A DNA stretch of 64,000 nt from a virus (Duplodnaviria; Caudoviricetes): the IMG/VR virus record IMGVR_UViG_3300037453_000171, positions 1 through 64,000 of that record; one strand, given 5' to 3'. This document shows positions 1-9,535 of this stretch, in pieces. The stretch's first letter is position 1; the number at the start of each line of letters is the position of its first letter. The notes below the pieces were generated by a model, which was not told where the DNA came from, ran no database searches, and saw only the letters and a list, made by a program, of their open reading frames with translations. The position numbers were made by a program, and so were the translations under genes.

Positions 1-793
1 CGAGCGCATATACTGCACCATCATCGCCTGCTATTCTTACTATGCCATCGCCGTTTTCACATTGAACATCTCCAGAACTATTTACATATAACACATCTGA
101 TGGAATAGCAGAAGCAAGAGCGTACGTGTTGGAATCAGTACTACCATCAGCCTTCAAGAACTGCGACGATGTTCCATTCGTAACCTTGAATCCAGACGCC
201 GTAATCTTGTTAGTGGATGGATTGAGCGTTACGCCTTCAGAATACCTACCATATTCAGCATAATAGGAATCACCCGTTGTGGTATTATATCTCGTTGTGA
301 TGGGATACTCAACATCTCCGGTAGATTTATACTCTCGCTGGTAAGTATTCGTATTAGAATCATATTCCATTATCTGCCAGCAGCCAGTAACGGTAGACTT
401 AGTTCCTGCAGTAAGATATGCCGTTGCAGTCTGGGTACTGTTGAACACGGCAAGGAATGTTGCTCCAACCGGATAATGGGTCGTTACCATCGTGTTCTTC
501 TGGATGACAACAGGATAGTAATGCGATCCGTTATCTATACTCAGCACAACACCAGCAGATGCAATTCCGGTTCTCGTGGCTATCCTATACGCAATCTTAA
601 GTCCGTCGTATGCGGCAGATACACCAGGGACGGTTCCTTCCCATTTCACGGAAAGATATGATCCATCGGTAGAACTACCAGCAGCCGAAGAGCTGCCCTC
701 AACGAAATAGAAACTACCTTTAGTATCCACGCCGCGGGCGTCATGAATATCTTGCACAGAGTTATCTGGCAATTTTATTTTACTGATTGCCAT
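1..793 (-). CDS. Tail fibre/spike-like protein (runs off window start)
   Basis: Hand-translated ORF from ATG at 793 (MAISKIKLPDNSVQDIHD...), open to position 1. Contains the fibre motif GTSSQFLKADGS; N-terminus resembles that of 806..1648. Confidence 0.6.
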   Translation of the reverse strand, partial: MAISKIKLPDNSVQDIHDARGVDTKGSFYFVEGSSSAAGSSTDGSYLSVKWEGTVPGVSAAYDGLKIAYRIATRTGIASAGVVLSIDNGSHYYPVVIQKNTMVTTHYPVGATFLAVFNSTQTATAYLTAGTKSTVTGCWQIMEYDSNTNTYQREYKSTGDVEYPITTRYNTTTGDSYYAEYGRYSEGVTLNPSTNKITASGFKVTNGTSSQFLKADGSTDSNTYALASAIPSDVLYVNSSGDVQCENGDGIVRIAGDDGAVYAL

Positions 794-805
794 AGCTCGT
801 CAAGT

Positions 806-1648
806 TTAAGATACGCTTGCACTGATGTCAGACTTCTTCGCAACGGTAACCTTGTCATTGGTACCAACAGTGATTGTCTGAGCAGCCGCTGTGCCCGTAC
901 CGATACCGGTAACTGCACTTGCGGTAGTGGCGGTACCAAGACCGGTCATAACGGAATCACCACTACCAGTTGCAGAAAGACTACCCGTAGCAGCGGTGAT
1001 TGCAGTTCCGAGAGTCGGAGCCGTGCTGTTTGCACCAGAGATAATCAGTGTTTCGCTATCGTTGCCGGTACCCATAGCAAACAACCAAGTAGAAGCAGAT
1101 CCCGCGGCAGTTACATTAGGAACACTGGTAGTAACCAGCTTGCTGGTAGCACCAGGATAGGACTTGACGAAGGTATCGGTAGTTCCACCAGAGAAAGTAA
1201 CGGAAGAAGATGCGTTGGTAAAGGTGGTAGCCTCGCCGAGAACCACATCGCCGCTACCGGTATTAACCGTGACGCTATTCTTATAAGCAAGGGAGCCAAG
1301 ACCAGACAGATCCACTTCTTGCGTGCCGAGCTTCTCCCAGGCATAAGTATAGCTTCCAGAGGTACCGGTACGAACAGTAACATACTCGTCGTACTTATTG
1401 GTTCCCATTCCGGTCTTCACGAGATAGAACGTGCCCATCGTTCCGGAGGCTGCAGCCATGGTTCCTGTATAGTCGGTGCTGCTATATGTAACGACAACCC
1501 CCTCAGGAATGTTTGCAACAACAGGAGTGGAAACGCCGTCCCAGGCAACAGAGAATATAACGCCACCGGAAATCAACTGACGTGCGGTTGCGTCCTTGAT
1601 GTCATAAGTATTACCCGAAGGCAATGTGATTTTGCTGATATCAGCCAT
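806..1648 (-). CDS. Tail fibre-associated structural protein
   Basis: Thr/Gly/Ser-rich 280 aa; ISKITLPSGNTYDIKD and YDEY...WEKLG...VDLSG motifs typical of fibre proteins. Confidence 0.55.
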   Translation of the reverse strand: MADISKITLPSGNTYDIKDATARQLISGGVIFSVAWDGVSTPVVANIPEGVVVTYSSTDYTGTMAAASGTMGTFYLVKTGMGTNKYDEYVTVRTGTSGSYTYAWEKLGTQEVDLSGLGSLAYKNSVTVNTGSGDVVLGEATTFTNASSSVTFSGGTTDTFVKSYPGATSKLVTTSVPNVTAAGSASTWLFAMGTGNDSETLIISGANSTAPTLGTAITAATGSLSATGSGDSVMTGLGTATTASAVTGIGTGTAAAQTITVGTNDKVTVAKKSDISASVS

Positions 1649-1650
1649 AT

Positions 1651-2145
1651 CTAATTCCTGTTAAATATCAATGTCTCGTTCACAACTTCGTGGTTGTCAT
1701 CCACATTCAATTTATTGTTCCAATAAGCTTTCTCCGCCTGTGTGCAATGCGCTACGGTATCCGCTATGTGTTCAAGAAGGAGTTCTTCATTCTCTGCTCC
1801 GCCTCCAACGAATACCAGATCCTGGACATATCCATTTCCTGATCCGATCTTGATTCCAGGGATGTAAACCGTATGCCCGTCCACCGTCGTGGTCTTGTAG
1901 TCCGAATAGATGATGATCTCTCCCGCTTTAGGAATGTATCCTCTCTGGCTGTTCCAATAAGCGGTGGTATGATACTGGATTCCGAGCGAGTCGAGTTTCT
2001 GTTTATCTATCGCGGTGAGAAGACCGGCAATAGTAGAAGTAGCCGGACCAAGATTGTCTATCTTGTCCAGCAGCTCGGCTACATTGTTGCCAGTTCTCTG
2101 TATTCTATATCCACATTCTTTCATCGCATCACCTTCAAGAAACAA
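1651..2145 (-). CDS. Tail fibre-associated protein
   Basis: GEIIIYSD...KIGSG motif of fibre N-terminal domains; AGLLTAIDKQKLD fibre repeat. Confidence 0.5.
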   Translation of the reverse strand: MFLEGDAMKECGYRIQRTGNNVAELLDKIDNLGPATSTIAGLLTAIDKQKLDSLGIQYHTTAYWNSQRGYIPKAGEIIIYSDYKTTTVDGHTVYIPGIKIGSGNGYVQDLVFVGGGAENEELLLEHIADTVAHCTQAEKAYWNNKLNVDDNHEVVNETLIFNRN

Positions 2146-2450
2146 CCGTCAATAGTCAGGAGGCATCCTTCTGCAACCTTCAGGAACTGCTCCGTTCCGT
2201 AGTTCGATCCGCAGACAAGCTCCAGTGAGATTGTCGGGATGCTTGATACACTGTTGACATCCACGCCGAAGCCGGAATCTATCACCCTCGTCGAGATGAA
2301 GATGCCCGAGACTATCGTCACCAGGGCCTTCATCAGACCGCAGCATTTCCTTCCGATCTTCTGGACGCTTCCGGTTATACCCTCAACCTTCTCGCATTCG
2401 ACGGAGATGTTTCCGGATATCGGCTTTATGTCAACCTTCAGACAACCCAT
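2121..2450 (-). CDS. Hypothetical protein
   Basis: 109-aa ORF packed tightly between its neighbours in the structural operon. Confidence 0.55.
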   Translation of the reverse strand: MGCLKVDIKPISGNISVECEKVEGITGSVQKIGRKCCGLMKALVTIVSGIFISTRVIDSGFGVDVNSVSSIPTISLELVCGSNYGTEQFLKVAEGCLLTIDGCFLKVMR

Positions 2451-2755
2451 TACACTCCCTTCAGCATACCGAGATTGTAGACCGCCACTTCCTTGCGCAC
2501 GTTGTCGTCGAAGTCCGTATCAGGAACATAAGCCGTGATGACCATCTTCATCTTTCCGGAAGCCAGACTCGATGTAGCGATAGGAAGATAGAAGCAGTCG
2601 CCGCTCTGGATCACGTCATCCTGATCGAACCGAAGAAGCGTATCCCCGCAGTAGAAGTCTATGTCATAGTTATCCCGTTCCTGGGAAAACCCGGGAGCGG
2701 AGATATCTATCTTGAACTTCAGGTCGGAGCCTATGTAATACTTCTCACCGTCCAT
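2450..2755 (-). CDS. Hypothetical beta-rich structural protein
   Basis: 101-aa ORF with stop/start overlaps on both sides. Confidence 0.55.
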   Translation of the reverse strand: MDGEKYYIGSDLKFKIDISAPGFSQERDNYDIDFYCGDTLLRFDQDDVIQSGDCFYLPIATSSLASGKMKMVITAYVPDTDFDDNVRKEVAVYNLGMLKGV

Positions 2756-3180
2756 TATTCCTCTGTTTTGGCGAACTGACCTTTCTCGTTCCTGGTCTGG
2801 TTCTGGGCGTTGATGCTTCTCTTGCTCGGCACGACGTCAGGGCGGATCTCACGGACAGCATCGCGGAGTTCTTCATTTTCCTTCCTCAGCCGGGTATTCT
2901 CCTCCTTGAGTTCCGCCACCTCATTTTTTAATTGGTCGTTCTCGTCCTTGACTGCCTTGACGTCATCCTTCAAGTCGGCGACATCCTGCTTCAAGCTGGC
3001 GATGGTGTTCTTGTACACATCGTCAATCATCTTCCGGATGTTCTCGATGCTATCATTCTCGGTCTTGATCTCCTCCTGCTTGACCCGCGTCTTAACCGTA
3101 AGGACCCTGACAAGCCAGCCACCAGCTATGATGACCGCCAAGATGTCGATGATGACCCTGAAAATGTCTAACTTTTCCAT
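2755..3180 (-). CDS. Holin-like membrane-anchored coiled-coil protein
   Basis: One N-terminal hydrophobic helix followed by a long heptad coiled coil. Confidence 0.45.
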   Translation of the reverse strand: MEKLDIFRVIIDILAVIIAGGWLVRVLTVKTRVKQEEIKTENDSIENIRKMIDDVYKNTIASLKQDVADLKDDVKAVKDENDQLKNEVAELKEENTRLRKENEELRDAVREIRPDVVPSKRSINAQNQTRNEKGQFAKTEE

Positions 3181-3181
3181 A

Positions 3182-3517
3182 TTACTTATTGGTTATTGTT
3201 TTATCCCATTGCGCAAAGCGCTTCCGTGTTTTCAAGTAGTCCAAATCCTTCTCATGCTGATATGCCTCTCGTTCGAAACTGATTCCTTCGTATGCCGTCT
3301 TCGTATGGAATATCAGTCTGTATATCCACTCGAAGAAGTAAAGGAAATAGAACCCGATATACCACAACTCCTTCATCTGTTCCGTGTGAATATATTCATG
3401 ATTCAGCACAGGAGCAGTCAATTTCTCAAGCGAGGATTTCCTTACGAACAACAATCCAAAGAAGTTGACCGCAAGAAAGCCAGGAAGGGGAAGGATATTG
3501 TTAGGAACTATACGCAT
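3182..3517 (-). CDS. Small zincin-like metallopeptidase
   Basis: LNHEYIH (HExxH) motif plus downstream FEREAY. Confidence 0.6.
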   Translation of the reverse strand: MRIVPNNILPLPGFLAVNFFGLLFVRKSSLEKLTAPVLNHEYIHTEQMKELWYIGFYFLYFFEWIYRLIFHTKTAYEGISFEREAYQHEKDLDYLKTRKRFAQWDKTITNK

Positions 3518-3527
3518 AGAAACGAAA

Positions 3528-6500
3528 CTATTGTTTTGTTACATACCAAGCGCCGTTATAAAATACTGCCCTGTATAAATGACCATCACTCAAGTTATAA
3601 CTGGTTTGTCCAGTATAAACACTGCCGTCAACGACAACCGTTATGCTATTACTGCCAGGAGAAAGCGAATAAACAGTTGTTGAATTTCCAGCCACCATAA
3701 ACTCGTAATAAATTCCGCTCATGGAACTGTAATAGCTCGAAGATATTGTCGGAAGGCTAATCACTCCAGACTGAGTGTTTCCAGCAAGAATATAAGTAGT
3801 GCCAGAATCATCCGAATCACAAGAATAAGTCGTTTCCGTAACAAATACGACTGGAAGCCTGTTCTTGAGCGGCCCCTTTACATTCGCCTCTCCAGTAATA
3901 AGCGTATTGCCGGATACCCAAACCGCATCCTTCTGAGTCGCCTGTACGAAAACGGCATAATCCTGACACGGGCCCGGATAAGGGGTAGTGTCTCTGATAG
4001 AAACGAAACCAAGTTCTGTTCTGTCGGCAATTACAAATTTCTGATCTCCAGCAGAAGTACCTTCGCTTCCGCCAGATCCTCTTGTGATATATTCGGTTTC
4101 GTAGCTAAGCGTACTGGCGTTTAATTCAAAGTCAGTGCTTTCCACATAACTCTCCGTAGCGTGATTGACGGAAGCGGACAGACCAAATTGATCAATGTCC
4201 AAGGCGCCTATAGTTCCCTCTTGTGCATCAACATGCCCACGGATTGTTGCGTCATTTGCAATAAACTCTCCCGTATTTCCGTCAATGACAATATTCGGAT
4301 CATCGTCGCTGTCGAGAGACTGGCTTTCGATACGCTCGTTCTGGAATTTGAATCCGGCAAGATTAGCAATCGGAGAAATCAATGTACCGTCAATGTACAC
4401 ATCGTCCGCCGTAAGTTTGATAACGCTGCCAGACTGAAGGGTATAGCCTTTGTTCTGTACCCATTGCGCATAACTGAGCGGAGATCCGTCTTCTTCGAAT
4501 TCTTCGTAGAAATGATAATAATCCCATACATCTCCAGCGCTATTCTTCCACAACTGCGTTGCATCTGCATTGGCAAGTATCTCGATAGACGCAGAGACAT
4601 TGCCATTACCGTCGCCCACGCCTTGCCAGATTTTGTCAGTAGTTATTTCCATACCGGCAAGCGTTGTAGCGTCAAGCTCTGTCAGTGTATAATTCTTGTT
4701 CGCAGCAACCCATTGTTCGTAGGTCTGAACCCTCGGAGCCTGATTGTATTCCGCAAAGAATGCGTAATAACCTTTTATATCGCTATCGTCAGACCGATTC
4801 ACCCAGACCTTATAGACAACGCCAACACCCATCTTTATGCTGTCAGACGTCACCTCAAGCGTACTGACGCTATCTTCAAGATCGCCTATTTGCGCCGCCG
4901 AAAGGCTTATATTAGTTGCATTTTGCTGTATGCGTGTTATTGCATCGTCTATATTTTTAAGCTCGTATGCGCTATGATTGGTTGCAACATATTGATTATA
5001 TGTACCCGAATAGCCACCTTCAACAGCCGTTAAATAGTCGGAATACCAAGTGTCATAAGGCACGCAATACCAATCACCGCTTGTTAAGGTCGTGCTTACC
5101 CAATACGCACTTGAACGAAGAACGGCAAGTTCTATCTTGTCATTAGTCTGGTCAACGACGCTCATCCTGTCAACATATTCCTCGAGCGTCCAACCAGCAG
5201 CAATCATTGTGGCCTCATAGGTTGCGACATCGCCATTAGCAGGGAAAGCATATTCCTGATATTGATTTCCTTTCTTCCAGAACTTGTTGACCTTACCGAC
5301 CATAGATTTAATCTCATCAGCAGTCTGTCGGATATTTGAAAGGACAACATTGGTCTTGATCTTCGTATACGATTTAACGGTTGTTACATACGTCTCGTAA
5401 TCCAGCAGCGATCCACTGCTTTCATATTCATCCTCGAAAGCATCGTAAGCAACAATATCTCCGGAAGTGTTGGTCCACATATATTCATACGAATATACGC
5501 TTGAAGCAATTGCATCAGCCTCCTGTTTTATCTGCGAGAATTCATCAACAGTAACCACAAGCTCGAAAGGACCCGCAGGATGTTCAGAGGTGCCATCTCC
5601 AGAAGGACCACCAGCAGTAGGCGCGGACTCCATGTAGTCCTCGTAATCATAGAAGTTGATTTCAGTATCGTCAGATCCGCTGCCCCAGAATTCATTCCAA
5701 TACAAATCGTAAGGATATATTACACCATCCTTTTTCCAACATGAATGCGCTTTAGATACAATGGACTGGATCACGGCAGCTTCTATAGACAATTCAGAAT
5801 CGAGAATAGAATTGACGTACTGTCTTGTGGCGCAGGCGGATATACGCGCATCAAGACCATCAATGTTCAAAGATGCGGAAATCTGTTGAGCCGTCTTACC
5901 ATTGAAGAAAGCCGAGCCGGTACGGATTACGGCATTTGCGCGAGTGGCATCGAGAATCAAATCAGAAAAAGCCTTCTTCTCGCTATCGGTATAGCTCGTA
6001 AGTACGCTCCACAATCCATCACGAGCGATTATTGAAACATCCGTTCCTTCAATTTGCCCGAGTCGACTATTAAGATTATCAAGACGATCTTTGATGTTAC
6101 CGGATATCTGCGACTGCACATCCTGCAATACGCCGTAAAGATCAGTAAGATCCTGAACGTATGCATCGATAGCAGCACGAAGTTCGGATGCTGTATTCCG
6201 GATCATAGCCTCAAGATCCGCATATTCGCCGGAAGTGTCGTTGTTATACCGACGAGCGATCCAAGAACCGCTTCTGGAATACAGTTTTCCGTTATCAAGC
6301 GGCTTGTCGTAATTGAACTGTATGAAGCACCACAGATACGGCTGCTGCTCTGTAGGAGCAGAAGACGATGTAGACCAGTATCCACCCTGTGCAGACGCGG
6401 GATTTTCTATGCTGATATCCGGAGGGTTAACATTCGTAGAAAGCGTGGAAAGCTTAAACCACAGATCGGCACTGACCATTGAGCGACCGGCTTCACCATC

Positions 6501-7010
6501 TCCATCATCGCCGCCAGAAGGCGCCTTAACATTTATCGTCGGTGCATCGCCGATTTTAATAGTAGCAATGGTCTGACCGGTAGTATTGATCTGATTCCAC
6601 TCAACATTTGCACCGCTACCAGGATCACCCTTGTCGCCTTTCTCTCCTTTATCACCTTTGTCTCCTTTGTCGCCTTTATCACCTTTCGCGCCGTTCTGAC
6701 CATCAGCTCCCTTTGCCCCAGTTGCTCCATGCAAAGAAGCAAGCCACTCCTGTTCGGTTCCGACGAAACCGTTCTCAACGGCAATCTCGTAAGCAGACTT
6801 ACCTTCAACAAGTTTATCGACGAAATCATCCGGAAGGAACTTCAGGAAGAAATCCTTGATACTTGTTTTCTTGTTGATGTTATCCTGCACGATAGCGATG
6901 AGTTCATCACCGCTCATGGCAGACGCATACGGGAGATCCGTGTCACGGACCCCCATCGTTGCAAGCTGCTTCCTGATTTCTTCTACTTGTGCTGGAGTAA
7001 AGTATTTCAT
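3528..7010 (-). CDS. Long tail fibre protein with collagen-like and internal repeats
   Basis: GKSAYEIAVENGFVGTEQEWLASLHG motif, (GDK)n collagen repeat, repeated IxQTADxI segments. Confidence 0.7.
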   Translation of the reverse strand: MKYFTPAQVEEIRKQLATMGVRDTDLPYASAMSGDELIAIVQDNINKKTSIKDFFLKFLPDDFVDKLVEGKSAYEIAVENGFVGTEQEWLASLHGATGAKGADGQNGAKGDKGDKGDKGDKGEKGDKGDPGSGANVEWNQINTTGQTIATIKIGDAPTINVKAPSGGDDGDGEAGRSMVSADLWFKLSTLSTNVNPPDISIENPASAQGGYWSTSSSAPTEQQPYLWCFIQFNYDKPLDNGKLYSRSGSWIARRYNNDTSGEYADLEAMIRNTASELRAAIDAYVQDLTDLYGVLQDVQSQISGNIKDRLDNLNSRLGQIEGTDVSIIARDGLWSVLTSYTDSEKKAFSDLILDATRANAVIRTGSAFFNGKTAQQISASLNIDGLDARISACATRQYVNSILDSELSIEAAVIQSIVSKAHSCWKKDGVIYPYDLYWNEFWGSGSDDTEINFYDYEDYMESAPTAGGPSGDGTSEHPAGPFELVVTVDEFSQIKQEADAIASSVYSYEYMWTNTSGDIVAYDAFEDEYESSGSLLDYETYVTTVKSYTKIKTNVVLSNIRQTADEIKSMVGKVNKFWKKGNQYQEYAFPANGDVATYEATMIAAGWTLEEYVDRMSVVDQTNDKIELAVLRSSAYWVSTTLTSGDWYCVPYDTWYSDYLTAVEGGYSGTYNQYVATNHSAYELKNIDDAITRIQQNATNISLSAAQIGDLEDSVSTLEVTSDSIKMGVGVVYKVWVNRSDDSDIKGYYAFFAEYNQAPRVQTYEQWVAANKNYTLTELDATTLAGMEITTDKIWQGVGDGNGNVSASIEILANADATQLWKNSAGDVWDYYHFYEEFEEDGSPLSYAQWVQNKGYTLQSGSVIKLTADDVYIDGTLISPIANLAGFKFQNERIESQSLDSDDDPNIVIDGNTGEFIANDATIRGHVDAQEGTIGALDIDQFGLSASVNHATESYVESTDFELNASTLSYETEYITRGSGGSEGTSAGDQKFVIADRTELGFVSIRDTTPYPGPCQDYAVFVQATQKDAVWVSGNTLITGEANVKGPLKNRLPVVFVTETTYSCDSDDSGTTYILAGNTQSGVISLPTISSSYYSSMSGIYYEFMVAGNSTTVYSLSPGSNSITVVVDGSVYTGQTSYNLSDGHLYRAVFYNGAWYVTKQ

Positions 7011-7017
7011 ATCTTAT

Positions 7018-9468
7018 CTATTTTTTCGTCGTACTGTTTGCTTTGCTTTTGGCTATCTGCTTCTGGGCTTCGATCTTTTTGAGTTCCAAGTCTTTCTTGA
7101 CGTCCAACTCTTTATCACGTTGTCTTAACTCTTTATCCAGAGCGAGCATCTCGTTACGGAGCTTCTCGCGCTCGACTTCGAGCTTGTCATGGACGAGCTG
7201 TTCGTCGTTCTCCTCGGCGTAGATACCCAGACGAAGATACTCGGCCCTAGAGTTGATCTCGGCAACCTGAATCTTGGTTTCGTTGTCTCTCTGGTTAAGC
7301 GTATCCTTCTGCTGCATCTCAGCCATCTTCGCCTGCTGTTCAGCCTGGATCTTCTGCTGCTCAAGCTGCATCTGCTGCTGCTGGGCTTCCTGCTGCTGTT
7401 GCTGAAGTTTCTTCTCGGAGGATTCGATGATGCGGATCTTCTCGTTCATACTGGCGGAAGAATACATCTTCAACAGACTGGAGAAGGACATCGCATTGTT
7501 CTGCGCAGCGGCTTGTGCGATGGTTTCAATCTGGGAGGACAGCTTCTGGATATCCTGCGAGTTGTCGACCACAAGACCGTAGTCGCATTCACAGAACTCA
7601 TCGCCGTCTATCTCCATGATCTTCCTGGAATAGTCTGAAAGGATATACTGGAACTTCTTGCTCCTTCCACGCATAGCAGCCTTGGCATACTCGATGAAGC
7701 ATTCGATGACGCGCTTCTTGGTCTCATCGTGTTTCTGGAACAGCCAATCTGTGATATAGGAAGACTGCAGGACGGCACGTTCTATGCCACCTACAGTCTC
7801 GCGGTTGTATGTATTTCCTTCCCTCTGGCGGTTGATGCCGACGAGATCGGACATGGATTCCTTCGTCCACTGAAGCAGTTCCATATAGTTCTGAATGGAC
7901 TGGCCCCAGTCGGCGTCGATATATCCCTTGGATGCGTTGTTCAAACCACCAGCGAGTTTACCGGTAGCCGCACCCTTGTTACCCTCATTGAAGGAATCCT
8001 TGATGAGAACCTTGTTCGTTCTGGCGAAGTACAGCCACTTGTCAACCTCCCAGTTCTTCGGCTTCATCGCCAGATCCATCTCCAGGAGCTTGCCCCAGTT
8101 AGTCGCAATCAGGTCGACCAGCTTCGCATGGACGGCATCGTACAGGTAGTTGTACGGCTTCATCATGTCCACCAGCGAGTAGGGCTTCGCTTCGTTGAGG
8201 TTATAGATAGTTCCGACGATTCCGAAGTGGCAGCGGGAAGGATTGGAAATGGAGTTATGCTGCACCAGACACGGGCGCATACCCACATAGATGTTCTCGC
8301 CGATCTTCGTTCCTTCCCACGCCTCGTTGATCCACAGCGGGGTCGCTTCCTCTCCGGCATCCTTGTCGGCTACATAGGTCTCCGGATAGAAGTCGAACAC
8401 TTCCTCACCGGTCATCGGATCGAAGGACTTGACCTTGAATATCTTCCTCTTGGACTTCCACCAGACGTGGATGACGCGGACGTTGCCTGCCACATCGTAA
8501 GGAAGAAGGTTGCTTCCAAGTCCACCGGCTATCTCCGGGAAGGCGTCATAAACGAAGTCGACATTGTTTCCTTCCAGCCAAATACCATTCTCGCCAACTA
8601 TGTTATGAACGAAAGGATAGGCTTCATTGTACGCACCTTCCGGAGTAGTCGGAGACTGACCGCCGAATTCGGGCAGCTCATCGGAAAGCCACTTGATATC
8701 CTTCGCGGAAAGCTCGTCGTAGTAAACGTCAACGATATGACCTCTCGACCAGTAATCCTCGTAGATGATGACATCCGAATCCTCGATCCTGTTGGAATAA
8801 CCGGTTCCGAAGCAGCGGAGCTTGATGGGATTCAGACGCTTCAGGAAAGGCTCTCCACCGGCTATGCCGCACTGATATATTTCACTTCCGAGACAGGCAT
8901 CCACGAATCCGTCGTTGAATATCTGCTTGAAGTTCAGCTCCTTGGAGTAATGATGGACCAGCTCGTTTGCCCGTATCTCGCGCAGGTCCTGCCAGTTGTA
9001 ATCAAAGTACTCCTGACCTTCCTGCAACTGCTTCTGGGCCTGCTGGTCATCGATGCTCTGATCCTCGACGATGCCCTGCACCATCTGGAAGAACTCCTGC
9101 TTCTTGTTCTCCTCGATCTCGGAGACGGAGTAAGGGTTGGTGACGATGACCTTCCAGTCGAATACACGGGCTGCTTCCTCACCGCGAAGGGTGTTTATCT
9201 TTGAATTGATAATGGGATAGTGCTGGATCTTGTCTGGGATGAAAGCAGAAACGATGTTGCCCGGATTCAAGACAGCAGTGATATCCTCCATGTGAATGAT
9301 GCCGTTCATCAGATCATAGTTGACCTTCAAGCTGACGGCGCTTTTCCTCACCGGAGAATAGTTGAAATATGTCCGAGTCGAAGCCCAGTCCACGCAGGAT
9401 TTTCTCCATTTGTCACCCTTCGACTTGAAGGGCAACTTCTGACTGGGGAATGACATACTAAAATCCAT
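7018..9468 (-). CDS. Portal protein (crAss-like)
   Basis: 816 aa directly downstream of terminase; FPSQKLP N-terminus, HYPIINSKINTLRGEE, GINRQREG...ETVGG, Gln-rich coiled-coil tail. Confidence 0.88.
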   Translation of the reverse strand: MDFSMSFPSQKLPFKSKGDKWRKSCVDWASTRTYFNYSPVRKSAVSLKVNYDLMNGIIHMEDITAVLNPGNIVSAFIPDKIQHYPIINSKINTLRGEEAARVFDWKVIVTNPYSVSEIEENKKQEFFQMVQGIVEDQSIDDQQAQKQLQEGQEYFDYNWQDLREIRANELVHHYSKELNFKQIFNDGFVDACLGSEIYQCGIAGGEPFLKRLNPIKLRCFGTGYSNRIEDSDVIIYEDYWSRGHIVDVYYDELSAKDIKWLSDELPEFGGQSPTTPEGAYNEAYPFVHNIVGENGIWLEGNNVDFVYDAFPEIAGGLGSNLLPYDVAGNVRVIHVWWKSKRKIFKVKSFDPMTGEEVFDFYPETYVADKDAGEEATPLWINEAWEGTKIGENIYVGMRPCLVQHNSISNPSRCHFGIVGTIYNLNEAKPYSLVDMMKPYNYLYDAVHAKLVDLIATNWGKLLEMDLAMKPKNWEVDKWLYFARTNKVLIKDSFNEGNKGAATGKLAGGLNNASKGYIDADWGQSIQNYMELLQWTKESMSDLVGINRQREGNTYNRETVGGIERAVLQSSYITDWLFQKHDETKKRVIECFIEYAKAAMRGRSKKFQYILSDYSRKIMEIDGDEFCECDYGLVVDNSQDIQKLSSQIETIAQAAAQNNAMSFSSLLKMYSSASMNEKIRIIESSEKKLQQQQQEAQQQQMQLEQQKIQAEQQAKMAEMQQKDTLNQRDNETKIQVAEINSRAEYLRLGIYAEENDEQLVHDKLEVEREKLRNEMLALDKELRQRDKELDVKKDLELKKIEAQKQIAKSKANSTTKK

Positions 9469-9535
9469 AACTGCACAGTTTACACGGCGAATATATCTTT
9501 TAATCAGCCACGAACTACGCAGTTAAGTGAAACGC

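Noticed and set aside
1-7010. Diversity-generating retroelement or invertible tail-fibre cassette
   Set aside because: No reverse transcriptase, template/variable repeat pair or invertase sites seen in the window.
7729-9204. Long antisense ORFs (also 743..1654, 33187..34032, 38583..39515, 53742..54698, 58317..59420)
   Set aside because: Shadow frames of codon-biased genes on the other strand, with no recognisable motifs.
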